Positions 56,902 through 64,000 of a stretch of 64,000 nucleotides of DNA are shown in pieces. The stretch's first letter is position 1. Every line of letters starts with the position of its first letter. The DNA lies in contig JAZQMQ010000020.1 of NCBI GenBank assembly GCA_045543555.1, forward strand, positions 2,911 to 66,910, written 5' to 3'. Below the pieces are notes generated by a model. It worked only from the letters and a program-made list of their open reading frames with translations. It ran no database searches and had not been told where the DNA came from. The DNA comes from Eubacteriales bacterium. GTDB lineage: Bacteria > Bacillota > Clostridia > Oscillospirales > CAG-272. Made by a program: the position numbers and the translations under genes.

Positions 56902-58590
56902 ATGTCAAGATTAAAGGTAAAGGATATACCATATCAAAGATACACGATCGAGGAAGGCAAGGAAGCCTTTGCAAAATTTGAAGCAGCTATGAAGGAAGCG
57001 AAAAACGCATCCGACGTGCTCAAGGCAAGAAAGGATTTCAGAGACGCAATATCCCTCTATTCCACAGCAGGTTCACTTGCATACTGCCGTTTTTCCCTTA
57101 ACACAAAGGATGAATACTATCAGGCGGAAATGGACCACTACGACAACGTAGGACCTCTCTTTAACGAGCTGTTCACCAATTACGCCTCCCTCATGCTCGA
57201 TTGCCCCTACCGCGCAGAGCTTGAAAAAATGATGAATCCCCGTCTTTTCGATATGTGGGAAATGCAGAGAAAGACCTTCTCTCCCGAAATAATCGAGGAT
57301 TGCCAGACCGAAAACGCAACAGTAACCGAGTATTCCAAGATGATGTCGGAAATGGTATTCGAATACGAGGGCGAAAAGATGCCACTGTCCTTCCTTCGCG
57401 GAAAGCTTGAGGATGCAGACCGTGAGGTAAGAAGAAAGGCGGCTTTTGCGATCGGTGAGGGACTTAAGGCACATTCGGGCGAACTCGACGAAATATACGA
57501 CAGACTCGTAAAAATCAGAACGGGCATTGCTCACAAACTCGGATACAAAACCTTCACCGAGCTCGGATACTACCGTATGGGACGCCTTGATTACAATGCG
57601 GAAATGGTTGCATCCTTCCGTGAAAACGTTAAAAACGCCATCGTACCGGTTGTAAGCAAGGTGAAAAATCAGATCGCAGAGGAACTCGGATTTGATAAGG
57701 TAATGTCCTACGACGACGCGATCTACGGCGCGGGTGCATCCATCGTTCCCGTTCTTAATAAGGACGGAATGTTCACCGAGGCACAAAAGATGTACGACGC
57801 AATGAATCCCGAGATCGGTGATTTTATGAGAGAAATGCAGGAAGCCGAAGCATTCGACGTTGAATCCCGCGACGGCAAATGGGGCGGAGGCTATTGTACC
57901 GTATTTGAAAAGTACGAGCAGCCCTTCATTCTCGCAAACTTCAACGGAACAACAGGCGACGTTGACGTTCTTACACACGAATTCGGCCACGCATTCGCTA
58001 TGAAAAAGGCATTTGACCGCGAGGACAATGAGCTCGGTATCGGAGGCTCCGAGACCGCTGAGGTGCATTCTATGAGTATGGAGTTCCTTTCGTGGCCCAA
58101 TATGGATAAATTCTTCGGTTCAGACGCTGACCGTTACCGCAGAAAGCACCTGCTCGATGCTCTGACGTTCATTCCATACGGAGTAATGGTCGATGAATTC
58201 CAGCATATCGTTTACGAAAATCCCGAGCTTACTCCCGCACAGCGCAAGGAAGCTTGGCTCGGTCTTGAAAGCAAATACCGTCCTTATATGTCCTACGGTG
58301 ATATTCCCTACCTTTCCGAAGGCACACGCTGGCAGTATCAGATGCATATCTACGAATCCCCCTTCTATTACATCGATTACTGCCTTGCACAGACAGTAGC
58401 AATGGGCTTCCTCTGCGAATCCAAGAAGGACTATGCATCGGCTCTCAAGCGTTACATCGACCTCTGTAAGGCAGGCGGAGAAAAGGCATTCGGTGCACTC
58501 GTTACCGACGCAGGCCTTTGCGATCCCTTCACCGACGGCGCGCTCAACAGCATAGCCACAGACGTTATGGAAATAATAAATAAGTTCTGA
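56902..58590 (+). CDS. pepF: M3-family oligoendopeptidase F
   Basis: Start at ATG 56902 (MSRLKVKDIPYQRY) after GGAG. HEFGH zinc motif. Confidence 0.9.
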   Translation: MSRLKVKDIPYQRYTIEEGKEAFAKFEAAMKEAKNASDVLKARKDFRDAISLYSTAGSLAYCRFSLNTKDEYYQAEMDHYDNVGPLFNELFTNYASLMLDCPYRAELEKMMNPRLFDMWEMQRKTFSPEIIEDCQTENATVTEYSKMMSEMVFEYEGEKMPLSFLRGKLEDADREVRRKAAFAIGEGLKAHSGELDEIYDRLVKIRTGIAHKLGYKTFTELGYYRMGRLDYNAEMVASFRENVKNAIVPVVSKVKNQIAEELGFDKVMSYDDAIYGAGASIVPVLNKDGMFTEAQKMYDAMNPEIGDFMREMQEAEAFDVESRDGKWGGGYCTVFEKYEQPFILANFNGTTGDVDVLTHEFGHAFAMKKAFDREDNELGIGGSETAEVHSMSMEFLSWPNMDKFFGSDADRYRRKHLLDALTFIPYGVMVDEFQHIVYENPELTPAQRKEAWLGLESKYRPYMSYGDIPYLSEGTRWQYQMHIYESPFYYIDYCLAQTVAMGFLCESKKDYASALKRYIDLCKAGGEKAFGALVTDAGLCDPFTDGALNSIATDVMEIINKF

Positions 58591-58607
58591 TATTTACCCT
58601 GCACATT

Positions 58608-58639
58608 AAAAATCGGCGGATTAAATCCGCCGATTTTTT
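58608..58639. terminator. bidirectional terminator after pepF
   Basis: AAAAATCGGCGGATT / AATCCGCCGATTTTTT. Confidence 0.85.
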
Positions 58640-58679
58640 GTGTTCGATATTGACCAATCATTCTGCTACATCATCTATG

Positions 58680-59009
58680 TCATTTTTGTGTCCAATCATA
58701 CCCATGAACAACGAGATAATCTCTATGTTTATAGACATCGGCAATCTTTGCAACCATATCCTTCGTTATCATATTTTTCTCATAGGCATCTTTTATATAC
58801 AAAAATTGTCCGTTAACCCAAACTTCAATTGGTTGATAGTCAGGATAATTAAATTCATAACCGGCCACATTATCTACCCACTCTTCTTGAGGATACGCTC
58901 CACACATTATAAATAGAAAATGAATGTCCCCATAACTTCCGAGCCAGTATTCGATTTTTGCATTTTTCACATCATCTTCTTTCGCACCATATCTGTTTTT
59001 TTGATACAC
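58680..59009 (-). CDS. signal-less paralog of the C-terminal domain of the adjacent lipoprotein (possibly a remnant)
   Basis: WLGSYGDIHFLFI...VAGYEFNY...VWVNGQFLYIKDAYEKNMITKDMV parallels RWYGSYGNIHFLLI...VAGYIFSY...VWVNGRFYTLKKAYANGKITKEMV. GTG start with no visible SD. Confidence 0.4.
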   Translation of the reverse strand: MYQKNRYGAKEDDVKNAKIEYWLGSYGDIHFLFIMCGAYPQEEWVDNVAGYEFNYPDYQPIEVWVNGQFLYIKDAYEKNMITKDMVAKIADVYKHRDYLVVHGYDWTQK

Positions 59010-59045
59010 AATTTCTATACATTATTGCTTTAACGTGATCGACTA

Positions 59046-59624
59046 TTACTTATTGTTCTTTGGCATTTCAATTGGGGCTATACCTCCACTGACCTCACGC
59101 ACATTGTTCATTGTAGCCACCATCTCCTTTGTTATCTTCCCGTTGGCATATGCCTTTTTAAGAGTATAGAAGCGTCCATTAACCCATACGGATATGCTCC
59201 TGCCATCGCCATAAGAAAAGATATATCCTGCGACATCTTCCTCCCAATTCATATGAGGATATTGTCCTACATCTATTAGCAAAAAATGAATATTGCCATA
59301 ACTACCATACCATCGTTGAATACTGGGTTGTTCACCGCTATCTGGGTGCTGCTTTTTCCATTCTTCAACAAAACGTTTCTGCAATTCCTCCGACGGCATC
59401 TCAATTGAATATTCGAGCTTTTCAAGATCGATTTCAGTGGTAATAACAGTCTCAGTCGTCTGAGGCTGTGTTTCGGTCGTTTGAGGCTGTGTTTCGGTCG
59501 TCTGTGGCAGAGTATCCGTAGTCTCGTCTGCCGGGCTTGATGCTTTTTTATAGAAGCATGAGGTAAGCATCACCGCTGAAAGAATTATTAGAATTAGTTT
59601 TGTGGCTCTGAAAGTGTGTTTCAT
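59046..59624 (-). CDS. lipoprotein of unknown function
   Basis: 192 aa. Signal peptide with lipobox LTSC. TETQPQT x3 linker. AAGGAGG RBS. Confidence 0.7.
   Translation of the reverse strand: MKHTFRATKLILIILSAVMLTSCFYKKASSPADETTDTLPQTTETQPQTTETQPQTTETVITTEIDLEKLEYSIEMPSEELQKRFVEEWKKQHPDSGEQPSIQRWYGSYGNIHFLLIDVGQYPHMNWEEDVAGYIFSYGDGRSISVWVNGRFYTLKKAYANGKITKEMVATMNNVREVSGGIAPIEMPKNNK
59445..59507 (-). repeat. 21-nt tandem repeat x3 (two copies near-identical)
   Basis: CCACAGACGACCGAAACACAG / CCTCAAACGACCGAAACACAG / CCTCAGACGACTGAGACTGTT encode PQTTETQ repeats. Confidence 0.75.
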
Positions 59625-59664
59625 ATAAAAATCCTCCTTGATAATGGTTTACAATTAATACTAT

Positions 59665-59714
59665 ATAAAAGCAAAACGCACCCCTAACCGCGTCACAGCG
59701 CGGCAGAAGTGCGT
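59665..59714 (-). terminator. intrinsic terminator inside the lipoprotein-gene leader
   Basis: Minus strand: GACGCAC...CCGCG-loop-CGCGG...GTGCGT two-tier stem (59714-59676) followed by TTTTGCTTTTAT. Confidence 0.6.
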
Positions 59715-59829
59715 CTTATAAAACAAATTTTGGAAAAAACTCTTGAAATGGCAGGTGTACGGCTATGCGTATTGTCGGTCCTCTGTTAGTCACACTAAAT
59801 TCCTCCCCAAATTAGATTCCTTTTTATTA

Positions 59830-59858
59830 ATTTTAAACAATCATGATATATTTGTCAA
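59830..59858 (-). promoter_or_regulatory. sigma-A promoter driving the approximately 160-nt leader/sRNA candidate
   Basis: Minus strand: TTGACA (59858-59853), 17 nt, TAAAAT (59835-59830). Confidence 0.55.
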
Positions 59859-59887
59859 TGAAGATGTCCGAAAAATTCACAGAATGT

Positions 59888-59917
59888 TAAAAAATGCCCT
59901 CCGCTTTCGCGGAGGGC
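59888..59917 (-). terminator. terminator of hpf
   Basis: GCCCTCCGC-TTTC-GCGGAGGGC followed on the minus strand by ATTTTTTA. Confidence 0.8.
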
Positions 59918-59932
59918 TGAATTATTTATTCG

Positions 59933-60451
59933 TTATTTTTCGGGGTTAAGCAGACCATAGCCGCCGTTCTTTCTCTTATAAACGACTGCGGCGTTACCCG
60001 TTTCGGAATTTTCAAACATAAAGAATTCGTGACCGATGAGATTCATCTGAAGTATTGCTTCCTCGACCGACATTGGCTTCATTACGAAGTTCTTTTCTCT
60101 GATCTCGAAAGCCTCCTCGTATTCCTCGGGCTGCTCCTCAATGGCTCTGAACGCACCCTCTCGCAGACGCTTTTCAAGGCGTGTCTTGTTTTTGCGTATC
60201 TGGCGCTCTATGGTATCCACGGCGGTATCGAGGGCGTTGTTGAAGGTCTCATCGCGCTCTTCCGAGCGGAAGAGCATCGTACCGCTTGTGACAGTGATCT
60301 CAAGACGTTCGCCGTTCTTTTCCTTCGTCATTGTGACGTGGGCAACGGCATCGTCTTTGAAGTACTTGTCGAGCTTCTCGAGCTTCTTTTCGACCAGCTC
60401 CTTGAAGCTGTCTCTTACGTTAAGCTTGCGTCCGATGATGTTGATCGTCAT
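59933..60451 (-). CDS. hpf: ribosome hibernation-promoting factor (long form)
   Basis: Start at ATG 60451 (MTINIIGRKLNVRDSFKELVEKKL). C-terminal dimerisation domain FFMFENSETGNAAVVYKRKNGGYGLL. Confidence 0.92.
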   Translation of the reverse strand: MTINIIGRKLNVRDSFKELVEKKLEKLDKYFKDDAVAHVTMTKEKNGERLEITVTSGTMLFRSEERDETFNNALDTAVDTIERQIRKNKTRLEKRLREGAFRAIEEQPEEYEEAFEIREKNFVMKPMSVEEAILQMNLIGHEFFMFENSETGNAAVVYKRKNGGYGLLNPEK

Positions 60452-60504
60452 AAAACATACCACCTTTTGTATAGATTTTTGCGGATTTTTATCTCCGCAA
60501 GTAT

Positions 60505-60533
60505 ATTATACCACACTTTAGATGATTTGTCAC
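60505..60533 (-). promoter_or_regulatory. candidate promoter of hpf
   Basis: Minus strand: GTGACA, 17 nt, TGgTATAAT. Confidence 0.5.
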
Positions 60534-60584
60534 TATTTTTTTGTGAAATTTTATAAGTTTTTTGTGTATTCTTCCCCGTTTTGT

Positions 60585-61454
60585 TCAATTAGCATATCTG
60601 AACGCGGCGGGAACAGCAGTTATTTCCGCTTCTGTTCTGTCTTCTATCTCTCCGTCCGCACAAAGTCGTGATACACCTGATATCTTCATACTCTTGCATC
60701 TGCGGTAAACAACGTATTTTTCAAATTTCTTATACGGAGCACCGGTTGTGGGATCGAGATGTGTTCCCTTTTTATAGCTTCCGATGAGATTAATGAACGA
60801 CAGACGCGGTATCTTTCTGATCAAAAGCACGTCAAGAAGACCGTCAGATGAGTTTGCAAGAGGTGCAGCTCTGAAGCCACCGCCGTAGTACTGACAGTTA
60901 GCGGCAAGAGCAAGGGTGAACTCCTCGTCGAAGCTCTCGACGTTTCCGTTTTCGTCGGTGAGCTCTATCGACCACTTTTCTCCGATCTTATGGAAGAAGG
61001 TATCAACAACACCCGCTATGTATGCCGCACTTCCGGGGAATGCCTTTTTATAGGTTTCGGTCTTTACAACAACGGTGCTGTCGAAGCCGAAATTGACTAT
61101 ATTTGCGGCATACTTATCGCCGTATTTTATAGCATCGACCTTATATATTCTGTCCTTTTCGGGAAAGCTCCTTACAAAATCGTTTCCCGTTCCCGCGGGC
61201 ACTACCGAAAGAAGCGCCTTATCGCCCACTCCGGACTTGATTATTCCGTTTACAGCCTCGCTGATCGTACCGTCACCGCCGTAAACGATGAAATGCGTCT
61301 CGGGATCCTTTAAGCACCTTTCGTATATTGCCCTCTCAGCGTCTCCTACGCAAGTCGTAATATAGCTTTCATCGTCCTTTGCTGCTCCTTTGGTAAGAAG
61401 CTCGGGAGAATGCTTGACCCCCGATGCGGGATTGAAAATATGCAGTCTTTTCAC
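60585..61454 (-). CDS. diacylglycerol kinase-family lipid kinase (YegS/BmrU type)
   Basis: 289 aa. VYGGDGTISEAVNG motif, PAGTGNDF. Confidence 0.85.
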   Translation of the reverse strand: MKRLHIFNPASGVKHSPELLTKGAAKDDESYITTCVGDAERAIYERCLKDPETHFIVYGGDGTISEAVNGIIKSGVGDKALLSVVPAGTGNDFVRSFPEKDRIYKVDAIKYGDKYAANIVNFGFDSTVVVKTETYKKAFPGSAAYIAGVVDTFFHKIGEKWSIELTDENGNVESFDEEFTLALAANCQYYGGGFRAAPLANSSDGLLDVLLIRKIPRLSFINLIGSYKKGTHLDPTTGAPYKKFEKYVVYRRCKSMKISGVSRLCADGEIEDRTEAEITAVPAAFRYAN

Positions 61455-61577
61455 GTTTTTTCCCCTAACATATAGATTGTAATTCCATTATACTCTTTTT
61501 TCCCCATTTTTCAACCCTTTTAATGAGATTGTTCAAAAAAATGATAGTATCAGTCAATTCTTTTTAAAAAGTGTATA

Positions 61578-61606
61578 TTGACAATTTGCGACTTTTGTAC
61601 TATAAT
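61578..61606 (+). promoter_or_regulatory. consensus sigma-A promoter of guaB
   Basis: TTGACA (61578-61583), 17 nt, TATAAT (61601-61606). Confidence 0.7.
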
Positions 61607-61629
61607 CGTTAGTTAATAGAAGCTGTTAG

Positions 61630-63123
<1,494 letters not shown>

Positions 63124-63135
63124 TAATCAAACATC

Positions 63136-63168
63136 ACCCTCCCTATTTTTGGGGAGGGTTTCTTATTT
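63136..63168 (+). terminator. terminator of guaB
   Basis: ACCCTCCC-8 nt-GGGAGGGT followed by TTTCTTATTT. Confidence 0.8.
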
Positions 63169-63210
63169 AATATTCCAATATATTGCAAGTACAATATAAA
63201 ACTTTTACGG

Positions 63211-63239
63211 TTGACAATATATAATTAGTATGATATAAT
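63211..63239 (+). promoter_or_regulatory. sigma-A promoter of the TerB-N gene
   Basis: TTGACA, 17 nt, TGaTATAAT. Confidence 0.6.
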
Positions 63240-63274
63240 TATCAGATACCAAGGGTTGAAAGGAGGAGTGGAAA

Positions 63275-64000
63275 ATGTCAGAAAAAAAGCCGAACACGTT
63301 TGACAGAAACGACGATTTCTGGGACATAGACAATATGCTTCCGAAAAAGCGCGTGGGAGCTGTGTTTTCTACAGACACCGATGCCTCCGAGGTAACCGTT
63401 GAGGGAATTTTTGATGAAAAGCAGGGACAAGCCATTCCAAAGATGTCCCCCGAGGTATCCGAACGTCTTAAGGTTGCTCGCGCGGCACTAAAATTAGCCG
63501 AAGGATTTAATTCCGACGTTCTCGACGAGTTAAGTGATGCCCACGATGCGCTCGAAACCGTAGAAAAGGTAAACCCCGAGCTGTCCGATCGTTTAAAGAT
63601 CGCTCGCGATGCGCTCAAAAAGGCTGAAGAAAAGCACCTTCGCTACACTTCCAGTGCGTTCGGCGACAGAAAAAACAGCACCCTCTCCGTTTCAGAGGAG
63701 ATAAAGCCCTCAGATGATCCTATCTTAACCTACGCACCTGCCTCAAATCCTCTCATTAAGGAAGTAACTATAAGGCTCTGGCCCGCAAAATACTCGTTTT
63801 ACGAACAGTTCCGCCACGATGCAGAGCGATTGTTTAAACACGAAGGACATCCCTGCACCAATACACCCTTCTTTTCATTCACTCCGCAATATTCACAGTT
63901 ATCCCCCGAGCAGCTGGATTTTTATCTGTATTTCAGACAGTGCATTCGTGATAATGCCCCAATAAAAGCAGACTATTCTTACATTTTGCTTTTGATCTAT
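63275..64000 (+). CDS. TerB-N-domain-like protein (partial, runs off right edge; absent from the supplied ORF track)
   Basis: My own translation from ATG 63275 (AGGAGG at 63261) is open to the window end: MSEKKPNTFDRNDDFWDIDNMLPKK...FFSFTPQYSQLSPEQLDFYLYFRQCIRDNAPIKADYSYILLLIY. The last part matches my memory of the TerB_N pattern. Confidence 0.65.
   Translation, partial: MSEKKPNTFDRNDDFWDIDNMLPKKRVGAVFSTDTDASEVTVEGIFDEKQGQAIPKMSPEVSERLKVARAALKLAEGFNSDVLDELSDAHDALETVEKVNPELSDRLKIARDALKKAEEKHLRYTSSAFGDRKNSTLSVSEEIKPSDDPILTYAPASNPLIKEVTIRLWPAKYSFYEQFRHDAERLFKHEGHPCTNTPFFSFTPQYSQLSPEQLDFYLYFRQCIRDNAPIKADYSYILLLIY

Noticed and set aside
59620-59900. Assigning the leader RNA to a named class (c-di-GMP-I via ACGCATAGCC, c-di-GMP-II via GACCGAC, ZTP, Mn2+ yybP via GGGGAGG, raiA motif because of the hpf neighbour).
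   Set aside because: Each resemblance is a single short string without the accompanying conserved helices. I cannot run a covariance model, so I left the class open.
63205-63618. 137-aa minus-strand ORF listed in the track.
   Set aside because: It is antisense to the better-supported plus-strand TerB-N-like ORF, which has a promoter, AGGAGG RBS and domain-like sequence. Its own translation is Ser-rich and low-complexity.

Overview
This 64 kb chromosomal window looks like a low-GC Gram-positive anaerobe. That is supported by the hrcA-grpE-dnaK-dnaJ operon with a perfect CIRCE operator, TTGACA/TATAAT sigma-A promoters, Rex, and Clostridia-type gene content. A Ruminococcaceae-like origin is only a guess. 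I called about 60 protein genes. I saw no rRNA, tRNA, CRISPR array, IS element or prophage gene.

Housekeeping content:
- gap (3' end), glcK, mscL, trpS, typA
- znuCB, with znuA about 35 kb away
- a TetR and a MarR unit, the latter with a heterodimeric ABC exporter
- uvrBA, yqeG-rlmA-acyltransferase-pepF, hpf, dagK-like kinase, guaB

The main finding is a single tightly packed 12-gene minus-strand operon at 27302 to 14937. Its order is LDH-type malate dehydrogenase, FumC, HdrB, HdrC, HdrA, MvhD/FlxD, FlxC, FlxB, FlxA, a FrdB-like Fe-S protein, a FrdA-like flavoprotein without the covalent-FAD histidine, and an AAE-family (SucE/AspT-type) transporter. Rex and an aminotransferase follow it. I interpret it as a soluble, membrane-anchor-free NADH-dependent fumarate reductase built on an Flx-Hdr flavin-based electron-bifurcation chassis, packaged with the full oxaloacetate-to-exported-succinate route. 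This is inference from gene content and motifs. I know of no biochemical characterisation of such a complex.

Secondary observations:
- a murE-like/asnB/ATP-grasp trio that looks like a peptidoglycan stem-peptide/cross-bridge module
- two translationally coupled MutS domain-V-only paralogs, both with Asn-Glu in place of the Walker B Asp-Glu
- a promoter-plus-terminator leader (riboswitch/sRNA candidate) upstream of a lipoprotein gene
- a Fur/Zur-type operator on znuCB
- two decayed genes

All calls come from reading the supplied ORF translations and the raw sequence. No database search was run.
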